From a virus (taxonomy: Duplodnaviria; Caudoviricetes), in the IMG/VR virus record IMGVR_UViG_3300035698_029580: 64,000 nt of DNA. The stretch is one strand, 5' to 3'. A model generated the notes under the pieces. It was not told the DNA's origin, did no database searches, and saw only the letters and a program-made list of their open reading frames with translations. Numbering within the stretch: the first letter of the stretch is position 1; the number at the start of each line of letters is the position of its first letter. The translations under genes were made by a program, and so were the position numbers. This document shows, piece by piece, positions 19,393 to 28,497 of this stretch.

Positions 19393-19740
19393 ATGAAAAT
19401 TAGAAATGGTTTCGTATCAAATAGTAGTTCTACCGCATTTATTATTACTAATGATTCTCGAGAAGTAAAAACTCTTGTAGATTTTGTTACAGAAAACCCT
19501 CAATTAATAGAAAAGTTTAAAGAACAATATGGGTGGGATAAAGATGATGATCGTTTTTCTCAAGGAAATTTAATAGTTTCTGCAGAGGAAAATAATATAG
19601 AATTTCCTCCTGGGGAAAATAAATATTGTGTTTTTGGAGATGAACAAGACACTCTTATTGGTCAGGTATTTGATTATATTTTACGAGATGGTGGAAATTC
19701 TGAAAGTTTTGGTTGGAGATTTTGTGAATATTTGAGGTGA
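19393..19740 (+). CDS. SNSSS-tag protein copy 2
   Basis: MKIRNGFVSNSSSTAF. Confidence 0.85.
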   Translation: MKIRNGFVSNSSSTAFIITNDSREVKTLVDFVTENPQLIEKFKEQYGWDKDDDRFSQGNLIVSAEENNIEFPPGENKYCVFGDEQDTLIGQVFDYILRDGGNSESFGWRFCEYLR

Positions 19741-19744
19741 TATT

Positions 19745-20113
19745 ATGAAAATCAGAAATGGATTTGTTTCAAATAGTAGTTCTTCTAGTTTTATGATTAG
19801 TAAATCTGTTCTTTCTCAAGAACAGATAAGTGCTATTCATAACCATATGAATTATGCAAAAAATAATTTTCCAAATATGGTTGATAAATATTCTGGGAAA
19901 AATCAATATATTTGGTCATGGAATATTTTAGAAAATGATGAGCATATGTTTGGATTTGTTGATATGAATAACTTTGATATGAGGTATTTTTTAGAAAAAA
20001 TTGACATACTCGATAAGGATATTATTCTTAAGAGAGTATATGGCAATACATACGGAATGTCTTATCACGAAAAGATAAGTTTTATTACCAAAGAACTAAA
20101 AAAAGTTGATTAA
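19745..20113 (+). CDS. SNSSS-tag protein copy 3
   Basis: MKIRNGFVSNSSSSSF; body paralogous to 21642 (QIxAI..H.NYAKNNF..MNNFD). Confidence 0.85.
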   Translation: MKIRNGFVSNSSSSSFMISKSVLSQEQISAIHNHMNYAKNNFPNMVDKYSGKNQYIWSWNILENDEHMFGFVDMNNFDMRYFLEKIDILDKDIILKRVYGNTYGMSYHEKISFITKELKKVD

Positions 20114-20143
20114 CAATTATTTTAAATATTAGAAAGTGAAAAA

Positions 20144-20794
20144 ATGTTTAAAAAGATAAAATTATTACTAGTAATTTTTTTATTTTCTCTTCCTTCTATG
20201 GCTCTTACTGTTTCTGATGGACAATATTTTGAGACATTAGAATTCTACAACAATGATGTTGTTGACGTTTTAGGGGGAACAATAGACAACTTGACCCTCT
20301 ATGAACAAAGTCTTGCTAATGTAATAAATACAGAAGGAGATTTTCTTTCTGATGGAGCTATATGGGAAATAAATGCTTTTGATAATTCTCACATAAGTTT
20401 ATCAGGTGGCAATATTTATGAGATGAATTTATATGGGGATAGCATTACTGATGTTATAGGTGGCAGAGTAACCCTTCTAAATGTAAGTGGAAATGCAGAA
20501 TTATATTTATCTGCAGGATTATACAGAGGAACAGTGTTGGATTTAAAAGACGACACAGCACAAATTCACATGTATTGTACAGATTATAGTTTTAATCAAT
20601 TATTCCAACAGTTTAGTTTATCAGGAACATGGTCTAATGGAGATAGATTTTATATAGGTGTTGATAATGATACTTATAATAATATAAATTTTCACGTTAT
20701 AGAAAGCAATGATATTCCAGAGCCCATTATATTGTGTTTTCTTATTTTAGGAATTATAACAATTTTACAAATGGATAAATATCATGAAATTTAG
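20144..20794 (+). CDS. secreted PEP-CTERM sorting-domain protein
   Basis: Signal peptide, Gly-rich beta repeats (xxGG), C-terminal IPEP plus hydrophobic helix. Confidence 0.75.
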   Translation: MFKKIKLLLVIFLFSLPSMALTVSDGQYFETLEFYNNDVVDVLGGTIDNLTLYEQSLANVINTEGDFLSDGAIWEINAFDNSHISLSGGNIYEMNLYGDSITDVIGGRVTLLNVSGNAELYLSAGLYRGTVLDLKDDTAQIHMYCTDYSFNQLFQQFSLSGTWSNGDRFYIGVDNDTYNNINFHVIESNDIPEPIILCFLILGIITILQMDKYHEI

Positions 20795-21161
20795 AAATGG
20801 ATTTGTATCAAATAGTAGTTCTAGTAGTTTTCTTATAGTTGGAGTTGAAGACGAAAATTTAGTGGAAAAATTAAAAGCTGCTTCTTGTGGAGATATGTCA
20901 GAACGATATGTGGAATCAGATGGTAGTATACGTTATGAGACTATGGAACATGGAGTAATACATGCGGGATTGATCAATTTTTATGGAAGTTATATTCTTG
21001 AAGATTGTTATTTATCTGGAATGCCCATAGAAGATTTATTGGAAACAATGAATTTAGCAGAAATTAGGTTGCGTTTTCAAAAATGTGTTAAAGAAAAATA
21101 CAATATAAATATAGATATGTCTGAAATATGTCTACATTATGGCGAAGTGTCTGATGAATAA
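20784..21161 (+). CDS. SNSSS-tag protein copy 4
   Basis: MKFRNGFVSNSSSSSF. Confidence 0.85.
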   Translation: MKFRNGFVSNSSSSSFLIVGVEDENLVEKLKAASCGDMSERYVESDGSIRYETMEHGVIHAGLINFYGSYILEDCYLSGMPIEDLLETMNLAEIRLRFQKCVKEKYNINIDMSEICLHYGEVSDE

Positions 21162-21181
21162 TTATTTAATAGGAGAAAAAA

Positions 21182-21640
21182 ATGAAAATTAGAAATGGTT
21201 TTGTAAGTAATAGTAGTTCTTCTTCCTTTGTTATTATTGGTCATCAAATAAAAATGGGAGGTAATTATGAAAAAATTTGTCGTATTTTTTTACCAGAAGA
21301 TTTTATTGAAAAAGAAATGGATAGTTGGGATTATAATAAAATGGAGGATAAGCATCAGAAAGAAAATTTTTGGGCAGAGATTTTTTATGAGAATTTAAGT
21401 GATATAAAAAATGAATTTGTGTGCTATTCATCATATAGTATACTCGGACATAGTGAAGATTGGGAGTTTTTTGGAAAACTATTATATTATAAATATGACG
21501 ATCCAGGAATTTATGATGATATTGAAGTGAAGGCTCCTCTTTCTGAAATTATTGAGGGCATAAGAAAAGAAGTTGAGAGATTGGGAATGCAAGACCAAGT
21601 AAGTGAAATAATGATTTATAGTGGAGTTAAATCAGATTAA
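21182..21640 (+). CDS. SNSSS-tag protein copy 5
   Basis: MKIRNGFVSNSSSSSF. Confidence 0.85.
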   Translation: MKIRNGFVSNSSSSSFVIIGHQIKMGGNYEKICRIFLPEDFIEKEMDSWDYNKMEDKHQKENFWAEIFYENLSDIKNEFVCYSSYSILGHSEDWEFFGKLLYYKYDDPGIYDDIEVKAPLSEIIEGIRKEVERLGMQDQVSEIMIYSGVKSD

Positions 21641-21641
21641 A

Positions 21642-21935
21642 ATGAAAATTAGAAATGGTTTTGTTTCAAATAGCAGTTCTTCTAGTTTTGTTATTAAAAA
21701 ATATGTTTTAAGTAAAAAACAAATAGATGCTATTTATGATCATATAAATTATGCAAAAAATAATTTTTCAGAAATGGAAGAAACAAGTGATTTAAATGAT
21801 GGATCTGCATGGGTAATAGTAGAAGGTGAAAAAAAAATATATTGCAGCACATTTATGAATAATTTTGATTTACATGAGTTTTTAATAAAAATAGGTGTTG
21901 ATGATAAAGATATTCGTGACTTGGAAGTGTTTTAA
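21642..21935 (+). CDS. SNSSS-tag protein copy 6
   Basis: MKIRNGFVSNSSSSSF at ATG 21642 (ORF track start extends upstream). Confidence 0.85.
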   Translation: MKIRNGFVSNSSSSSFVIKKYVLSKKQIDAIYDHINYAKNNFSEMEETSDLNDGSAWVIVEGEKKIYCSTFMNNFDLHEFLIKIGVDDKDIRDLEVF

Positions 21936-21951
21936 TCTAAAGGAGAAATCA

Positions 21952-22299
21952 ATGAAATTTAGACAAGGTTTTGTATTAAATAGTGGTACAACTAGGGTTG
22001 ATGTTTATGGGACTATTATAAAGGCTGAAGATATGGAAGAAATTCTTGTAAAAAAAAATATTGTACAAAAAAATTCTGAAGGTGATCGTGATATATATGA
22101 TTTTCTTAATGACTTAACAGAAAAAGAAAAAATAGTTTGGGATCATCAAGAAGAACCTGAGGGAGAATATTATATTGGATTAAAAATAACAGAAATGGAA
22201 GACAATGAAACTCTTGACCAATTTAAAAAACGAATAGGAAACAAAATAGAAGAAATATTCGGTGAAAAATTATATGTTGAATTAATTCTTTCCACTTAA
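21952..22299 (+). CDS. SNSSS-tag protein copy 7 (degenerate tag)
   Basis: MKFRQGFVLNSGTT at ATG 21952 behind AAGGAG. Confidence 0.8.
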   Translation: MKFRQGFVLNSGTTRVDVYGTIIKAEDMEEILVKKNIVQKNSEGDRDIYDFLNDLTEKEKIVWDHQEEPEGEYYIGLKITEMEDNETLDQFKKRIGNKIEEIFGEKLYVELILST

Positions 22300-22321
22300 T
22301 CATTGTTAAAGGAGATTTAAA

Positions 22322-22690
22322 ATGAAATTTAGACAAGGATTTGTATCAAACAGTAGTACCACGAGCTTTTGTATTTGTGGAATTAGTACAAATGAAGAAC
22401 AGTTAGAAGATTGGTTAAAAGATAAAGTTTCCGAAGAGGAGAAAGAAGAAGATGATTATGAGGTATATGATATAGTCGAAGAACTTTGTGACAAAGAAGG
22501 TCTTTCAGTGCATGCGGAACCCGATAGTTATTATTCTTATTGGATAGGACTTGATATACAAAAATTGGATGATAATGAAACGTTGAAAGATTTTAAAAAC
22601 AAAACAAAAGAAAAACTTAAAAAAATATTTGGAGATAATATTGATAAAAAAATCATTAATATTATTGAAAAAGCTTGGCATGATGGTTAA
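22322..22690 (+). CDS. SNSSS-tag protein copy 8
   Basis: MKFRQGFVSNSSTTSFCICGI. Confidence 0.85.
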   Translation: MKFRQGFVSNSSTTSFCICGISTNEEQLEDWLKDKVSEEEKEEDDYEVYDIVEELCDKEGLSVHAEPDSYYSYWIGLDIQKLDDNETLKDFKNKTKEKLKKIFGDNIDKKIINIIEKAWHDG

Positions 22691-22720
22691 AACATATGAT
22701 ATTCTTTAAAGGAGAAATTA

Positions 22721-23071
22721 ATGAAATTTAGACAAGGTTTTGTATCAAACAGTAGTACCACGAGCTTTTGTATTTGTGGAATTTGTCTAGATAGAAAAAA
22801 TATGGAAGAATTAATAGAAGAAAAAAATGTTGATGGAAAAGATATAAATGAGAGATTGTTGGAAAAACTTTGTAAGGCAGAGGGACTTGCCAGTATTGCT
22901 GATCCAGAAGATGAGTATTATTATATTGGAATTAATGTAGAAGATATGGATGAGGATAAGACAATAAGAGATGTTAAAAAAGAAGCAAAGGAAAAAATAA
23001 AAAAATTGTTCGGAGATAATGCTGATAAACATAATGTTAGAGTCATTACTGATGGTTGGTATAATGGTTGA
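22721..23071 (+). CDS. SNSSS-tag protein copy 9
   Basis: MKFRQGFVSNSSTTSFCICGI; first ~60 nt nearly identical to copy 8. Confidence 0.85.
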   Translation: MKFRQGFVSNSSTTSFCICGICLDRKNMEELIEEKNVDGKDINERLLEKLCKAEGLASIADPEDEYYYIGINVEDMDEDKTIRDVKKEAKEKIKKLFGDNADKHNVRVITDGWYNG

Positions 23072-23121
23072 TTGTAAGAGTTTTAACTAAGTATTTTATT
23101 TATTTTTGAAAAGGAAAAGTT

Positions 23122-23817
23122 ATGAGTGGAAAAGTGCAAGTTCATCATTTAATTATTTTGGACAAAAGTAGTTCAATGCTAGAAGTTTGTAGTGAAACTA
23201 TTGATGGATGTAATAAACAATTTGATGTAATTCGTAAAATGTCAGAAGAAAATCCAGAACAAGAACATTTTGTTTCTATGGTCATATTTAGCTATTCTCA
23301 TAAAATAGATATGGAAACAATATGGATGAAAAAATCAGATGAAGTGGAAAATATTAATGAAGAAAGTTATGTTCCTCAGGGATACACGGCTTTATTTGAT
23401 GCCATAGGTAAAGGCGTGACAAAACTACAAACAGAAATACAGGAACAATTAAATAATAGAGGTGCTAGAGTTGTTGTTACAATATTGACAGATGGTTATG
23501 AAAATAATTCTCAAGAATTTACTGGTAAGAAGATTAAATCTTTAATAGATGAACATCAAAAAGGTGGTTTATGGACAATTACGATGGCTGGATGTACTGA
23601 TGATGTATTCAATGTAGCAGATAATCTTAATATTTGCAGAGGAAATGTTCTTAAATATGATATGGGAGCAGTAGGAACTACTAATGCTTTTGCTAAAATG
23701 GCAAAGAGTCGTTGCATGTATTGTTCTTCCATAGGGACAGATGTAGAATTAAAAGCGACATCAAGTTATTATTCTCAAGATGAAGAAAAGAAAGATGAAG
23801 AAAAGAAAGATGATTAA
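23122..23817 (+). CDS. vWA domain protein
   Basis: MIDAS DKSSS, TALFDAIG, LTDGYEN. Confidence 0.85.
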   Translation: MSGKVQVHHLIILDKSSSMLEVCSETIDGCNKQFDVIRKMSEENPEQEHFVSMVIFSYSHKIDMETIWMKKSDEVENINEESYVPQGYTALFDAIGKGVTKLQTEIQEQLNNRGARVVVTILTDGYENNSQEFTGKKIKSLIDEHQKGGLWTITMAGCTDDVFNVADNLNICRGNVLKYDMGAVGTTNAFAKMAKSRCMYCSSIGTDVELKATSSYYSQDEEKKDEEKKDD

Positions 23818-24074
23818 AATTTTCTAATTGGACATCTAAAGTGGGGGTCCTGGAATATAATTTCTAGGACCTTTCCACTTTTTTTACATCTTTTTTTAAC
23901 TGTTTTTTGTGGAGGTCTAGTTGTTTTTGTCATAAAGTAGATTTTATCAACATGAGGACAACTTTTACATATTTTTGGTCTAATATCTAGAAGTTTAATT
24001 CTTTTGTCTTTTAGTATTGGTTTAGCACTTTTATTTTTTATTGCAGAAGCTCTTTTTCCACAGCCACATCCCAT
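23814..24074 (-). CDS. small basic Cys-rich protein
   Basis: MGCGCGK, CKSC, C..CPIRKF; last gene of the minus-strand array. Confidence 0.65.
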   Translation of the reverse strand: MGCGCGKRASAIKNKSAKPILKDKRIKLLDIRPKICKSCPHVDKIYFMTKTTRPPQKTVKKRCKKSGKVLEIIFQDPHFRCPIRKF

Positions 24075-24850
24075 TATCTAACTCCTCTCATTTTTTGGAT
24101 TAGGTTATTTCTTCTAATTCTTCCTACTTGATGATACCATTTTGAATCTACCATTTCATCGGCAGCTTTTTGGAAATCTCTTCTTATTAAAGCTTGTCTA
24201 AATCTTTTAAACTGTCTTAATCTATTTGGTCCCATAGCAAATGCCATATCAATAATAACTTGTTGAACAGCATCATCATATGTTTCAAAATTGGGTAAAA
24301 AAGAATGTGCTATATCGGAGGCTTCGAAAAAGGTATATTCAAATAATTTATTTATTTGTTCGTCTGTAAGACCAACTTTTCCATTAATAATGTCATTATA
24401 ATTTAGTCCAAAACTTTCTATTTTTTGTTTAGCATCTGGTCTATTTAACATATATCCTATTCCTATTGTTTTGTTTCCTAATGGACCGGGATATACAAAA
24501 TTTCTTCTTCCCTCATGCTGAGATATCATATCTCTAGTTTTTTGAATAAAATTATTTTGATCTGTATTTTTTCTTTCTACGGAAGTTCCTTGGGGATTTT
24601 CTTGTGTTGCAGGAATATTTTGTTGTGTTATTTCTTGTGTTTGTTGAGGGGTTGTATTTTCTTGTTTTTTTATTTCTTGGACACCTTGTATTACTGTTTG
24701 GGGAGATTGTTTAAAAAGATCTTTAACTTCTAGAATTCCTATTCCCCATAGACCTGCCAAACCTAATAAAGCTGTTAGTCCAGTCATTTGAACAAATCTA
24801 TTCCATCTAAACTCTTCTTCTGCTATTTTTGTTTGATTGTACCAATTCAT
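24074..24850 (-). CDS. GH24 (T4-like) lysozyme with MNWY leader and TM segment
   Basis: HEG..VY...GNKTIGIG, DMAFAMG, AADEMVDSKWYHQV. Confidence 0.85.
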   Translation of the reverse strand: MNWYNQTKIAEEEFRWNRFVQMTGLTALLGLAGLWGIGILEVKDLFKQSPQTVIQGVQEIKKQENTTPQQTQEITQQNIPATQENPQGTSVERKNTDQNNFIQKTRDMISQHEGRRNFVYPGPLGNKTIGIGYMLNRPDAKQKIESFGLNYNDIINGKVGLTDEQINKLFEYTFFEASDIAHSFLPNFETYDDAVQQVIIDMAFAMGPNRLRQFKRFRQALIRRDFQKAADEMVDSKWYHQVGRIRRNNLIQKMRGVR

Positions 24851-24851
24851 A

Positions 24852-25214
24852 TTAAATTGTTGTTTCTCCTATATATCCACCTTCGGCAGAAAAAGTTATT
24901 ATTTTAATATTATTCCCAAATTCTTTTTTTAATTTATTAATAATAACATTGGGAATATCCCAATACCATTCATAAGGAGTCATAATGGATACCTCCATAG
25001 TGTTCGGATCATATCTACCTCGGAATTTTTTTTCGAATGCTTTTTCTAAGCCTCCTTCCATCATATTTCCATGTCCTTCAATATACCATCCTTCTTCGAC
25101 TTTAAAATTACTACCATCGGGATTACTCATCCATAACATATTTTCATTACCAGAGCCAACTCCAGAATGCCCTATATCTCCGTAATTTTTTTGTGCTAAT
25201 TTATACCAATTCAT
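24852..25214 (-). CDS. MNWYK-leader protein, IGH/GRYD family
   Basis: MNWYKLAQ start at 25214 (ATGA overlap with upstream stop); paralog of 28122 and 28498. Confidence 0.8.
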   Translation of the reverse strand: MNWYKLAQKNYGDIGHSGVGSGNENMLWMSNPDGSNFKVEEGWYIEGHGNMMEGGLEKAFEKKFRGRYDPNTMEVSIMTPYEWYWDIPNVIINKLKKEFGNNIKIITFSAEGGYIGETTI

Positions 25215-25855
25215 TTTCTTATCCATAATGTTAAATCGTCTTTAACCTCTTCCCAGTGAGGTATATAAATTTTTTCTATTTCTTTCCATTCTGAATCAAG
25301 AAGATTATAAAATTGGTCATTAGCTGTACATCCTTTCCATTCTCCCACCAAAATTAGTTTATTTCCTTCAAAAAATGCTAATGCTTCATATGCCATGGGA
25401 CTACCGCAGGGAGGCCAAACCATCATTAATGTATCAAAATGACCATATTTTTCAATAGCATCTAAATGATCCATTTTCTCTATGTCTGTAAATCTTTTAC
25501 TCTCAGGCTTATAATATTTTTCATTTTGTCTTTCTATAACACCTAAATCTGTAGCTGTTACAGATATTCCTTCGTCTCTCATTAATTTAGCCCAGAGCCC
25601 ATACCCTGACCCTATTTCTAATACATTGCCTTGTTCTACGAAAATTTTTATTTTTTCGATTGCTTCTTTATCTGGGACTCCCCATCCATATTCTTTTATA
25701 TATCTGTTTCTTCTCAACCATGGACGAGTAAGATCAGAGTTCCAAAAGTTAAGTTCTTCTTCTGAAGGTTCAGATGCATATTCTTTACCTTCAGGCCCAA
25801 ATTTATTTAAATCTTCATAAATATCAGCTATTTTTTTATTTTTATACCAATTCAT
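25211..25855 (-). CDS. MNWYK-leader SAM-dependent methyltransferase
   Basis: VLEIGSGYGLW, VTATD, VWPP, LVGE. Confidence 0.8.
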   Translation of the reverse strand: MNWYKNKKIADIYEDLNKFGPEGKEYASEPSEEELNFWNSDLTRPWLRRNRYIKEYGWGVPDKEAIEKIKIFVEQGNVLEIGSGYGLWAKLMRDEGISVTATDLGVIERQNEKYYKPESKRFTDIEKMDHLDAIEKYGHFDTLMMVWPPCGSPMAYEALAFFEGNKLILVGEWKGCTANDQFYNLLDSEWKEIEKIYIPHWEEVKDDLTLWIRK

Positions 25856-26876
25856 ATTCTACCTCTCCTATTAAATCTACCGTCTTTCCACTCCATGTTC
25901 TCCATTCCCCTAATGCCGATACTTTATATCCTAGTGATCCAGGTATAGATCTGAATTCTAATATAGCAATTTGGTCTTCTGGAACACTATATAAACCTTG
26001 TTCATCACTAAATGCAAATAATCCATATTCTGGACCACCTGCCTGTTCTCTCATCCACGCCCATGTATGATATGCTTTAAATTTTCTATAAACTTTTTCT
26101 TTGTTAGTTAATATTTTTTTAAATTTTCTGTATGTTGGAGGAATTCTATTCCCTGTTTCTGATTCTTCTATAGGTCCCCAATTTTCTTTTTTATTTTTAT
26201 TAAATTCTTTTACTGTTGATGGGAATAATGTTGCACTCGTGATTTCATAGTCAGAATTAACATAATTTATTATCTCTTCTACGGTTCCTGTCCCTACTGC
26301 GTGTTTTTGAGCTTGTATCCATTCATTTACCCAAGGTTTTTTTGCTCCGATTCCATTTTGAGCTTGCATTATCATATCTTCTATAGATAATTCTCCAAAC
26401 ATGACCTTTCTGCCCTCAATCAAAGTTCTATATATATCTTGAGATACTTTTAAATTTTCTGTGAAACTAATTGTATCACTACTTCCTCCTCCTAGCCCTC
26501 TTCCTCCTTTTTGAGATAGATCATCTCTAGTTCTTAATTGATCTTTTATCACTTCATTTTTAGATGTTGTTACATGATATAAAGTTTCAGGGAGAGGAAG
26601 GAGTTGTCCATGACCAGGAATTTTATATGAATTCTCTTGATATCTATCTTGAGTTAAATCATAACCTAAATTAAATGCTTCTGATGGACTTATTTTTCCA
26701 GTTGCTAAAGATTTAGATATCTCACTATCCCACTCTTTTTGTTTTGTTCTAATATTATCAAATATTATAGTTTTCTGTTCATCGGATAAATTATCATAAT
26801 CATGAGGATAGTTTCTACCAGAATAATCATTTCTAGAAATTTGTAATATATTTTGTGCTAATTTATACCAATTCAT
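25842..26876 (-). CDS. MNWYK-leader protein with possible ADP-ribosyltransferase fold
   Basis: TLYHVT...GGRGLGGG..TISFT. Confidence 0.6.
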   Translation of the reverse strand: MNWYKLAQNILQISRNDYSGRNYPHDYDNLSDEQKTIIFDNIRTKQKEWDSEISKSLATGKISPSEAFNLGYDLTQDRYQENSYKIPGHGQLLPLPETLYHVTTSKNEVIKDQLRTRDDLSQKGGRGLGGGSSDTISFTENLKVSQDIYRTLIEGRKVMFGELSIEDMIMQAQNGIGAKKPWVNEWIQAQKHAVGTGTVEEIINYVNSDYEITSATLFPSTVKEFNKNKKENWGPIEESETGNRIPPTYRKFKKILTNKEKVYRKFKAYHTWAWMREQAGGPEYGLFAFSDEQGLYSVPEDQIAILEFRSIPGSLGYKVSALGEWRTWSGKTVDLIGEVEYELV

Positions 26877-26879
26877 TAT

Positions 26880-27608
26880 TTATCCATAATTAATTTTTTT
26901 AACAGGAAGATTGTTTGTCTCAATATAATTAATCATCTTTTTTAACCTGTCTATATAACTGCTTAATTGACTATAACTTCTTCCATAGTCATACATTGCA
27001 GATTGTCCAGGAGTTTTTTCTTCAGTTGGTTCTTGGGTATAGGTATTTATTGTGAAATCATTGTCTTCTATATTTTTTATAGCAGATTTTAATTCATCTA
27101 TATTTAATGTCCCTCCATAGGGATCTAAATTACTCATTCCTTCATTTTGCAACAATTGTATCAATGCTACACTATTTGCATTTGCTATATTTATTTCTGG
27201 CAATTTTTCTAGATCTGTTGTGTTGTTTTCTTCAACTAATACTCTAGCAACATTTATGTCTCTTGCACCGGACTTATTTATTTCTAAAAATTTTAACTTA
27301 ATTAAACCCATTCTATTATTATTATATTGGTCTACTATATTTTTTATAATTCCACTTTTTATATTAGGATTTTCTAGATAAATATTAATTTGCCCAGTAG
27401 GAGCAAAAGTATCTCCAGAACTCATATCAGGATCAACATCTTGCCACCCAATACCTAATTTTTGTCCAATATTCATCTCATAAATTATAAACTTGGATAA
27501 ATCACTACAAACTTCTAATTTATTCATAGGTTGAGTTATTTTATCAGAGCCTTCAATCCAGAAGGTGACACTAGACTGTTTATAAAATGCTAATTTATAC
27601 CAATTCAT
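26880..27608 (-). CDS. MNWYK-leader hypothetical protein
   Basis: MNWYKLAF start at 27608 (ATGA overlap). Confidence 0.75.
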   Translation of the reverse strand: MNWYKLAFYKQSSVTFWIEGSDKITQPMNKLEVCSDLSKFIIYEMNIGQKLGIGWQDVDPDMSSGDTFAPTGQINIYLENPNIKSGIIKNIVDQYNNNRMGLIKLKFLEINKSGARDINVARVLVEENNTTDLEKLPEINIANANSVALIQLLQNEGMSNLDPYGGTLNIDELKSAIKNIEDNDFTINTYTQEPTEEKTPGQSAMYDYGRSYSQLSSYIDRLKKMINYIETNNLPVKKINYG

Positions 27609-28111
27609 TCGGGCCATACTCCAAATCTTCTTAAGAATTTTTCCATTTTATTACCTATTAAAATTTGTACAGGGCCAATATTTCCTTCAGAATAATAATC
27701 TCCTGGTTCTACACTTGGGTATCTATTGTCTGTTTCTCCCTGCCAATCACCCAAAGGACCCTCTTCTTCTTCTGGTCTATGTTCAAATTGATCTTCCCCT
27801 TCTTTTATAATAACTAACATACCATAACTTTTTAATTCATTAGGAGTTACGTCTCCCCATTTTTTATTTAACATTTTCATTACTGCGTATTGCATAGCAT
27901 TAACTGCTCTTTGTAATCCTTGTTTGTCTGTAGCATAAGTCACATCAACAGGATCAAACTCTATTCCTGCAGATTCATATTCTCCGGCATAAGAATCTGA
28001 AACAAAATCACCTGTATCAGGGATGAGTCCTATATCTTTTATGGAATCGTAGTTATTAATAGAGGTTCCGTGATAAAGAGTTCTGGATTTTGCTTTTTTA
28101 TACCAATTCAT
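27605..28111 (-). CDS. MNWYK-leader protein with possible ADP-ribosyltransferase fold
   Basis: TLYHGTS....SIKDIGLIP...VTYAT. Confidence 0.6.
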   Translation of the reverse strand: MNWYKKAKSRTLYHGTSINNYDSIKDIGLIPDTGDFVSDSYAGEYESAGIEFDPVDVTYATDKQGLQRAVNAMQYAVMKMLNKKWGDVTPNELKSYGMLVIIKEGEDQFEHRPEEEEGPLGDWQGETDNRYPSVEPGDYYSEGNIGPVQILIGNKMEKFLRRFGVWPE

Positions 28112-28121
28112 TTATTCTTTT

Positions 28122-28496
28122 TCAATAAGTATATATTTGAGTTATGTTAGGGAATTTACTGTAGAGTTTATTTACTAAACGAGAAGGAACACCGCGGAAT
28201 GCATTTAATCCTTTTAAGGGTACAATTATACTTAATTTTCCAGTACTAGTTTCATATCTACCTTGGTATGTTCTACTAAAAGAAAAATTTTCATCATTAA
28301 AAACATAACCAAAAGCATCATCATGAGTGGGTTCTTCTTCTGTTTCTGGACGAACTGCTAGAATTCCATTGTAATATATCCAAAGATAATTATTTAGTGT
28401 GTCTTCGTCCTCAGTCAGTTTAGCATGACCAATATTAAGATAAGATGGTTTATCTAGTGTTTGTTGAGATAATATTGTTCTTTTATACCAATTCAT
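28122..28496 (-). CDS. MNWYK-leader protein, IGH/GRYD family
   Basis: YLNIGH, HDDAF, YQGRYE, KLYSKFP. Confidence 0.8.
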   Translation of the reverse strand: MNWYKRTILSQQTLDKPSYLNIGHAKLTEDEDTLNNYLWIYYNGILAVRPETEEEPTHDDAFGYVFNDENFSFSRTYQGRYETSTGKLSIIVPLKGLNAFRGVPSRLVNKLYSKFPNITQIYTY

Positions 28497-28497
28497 T

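Noticed and set aside
19032-23071. Diversity-generating retroelement or DNA-level repeat array behind the repeated gene starts
   Set aside because: No reverse transcriptase in the window; variation between copies is synonymous rather than adenine-specific.
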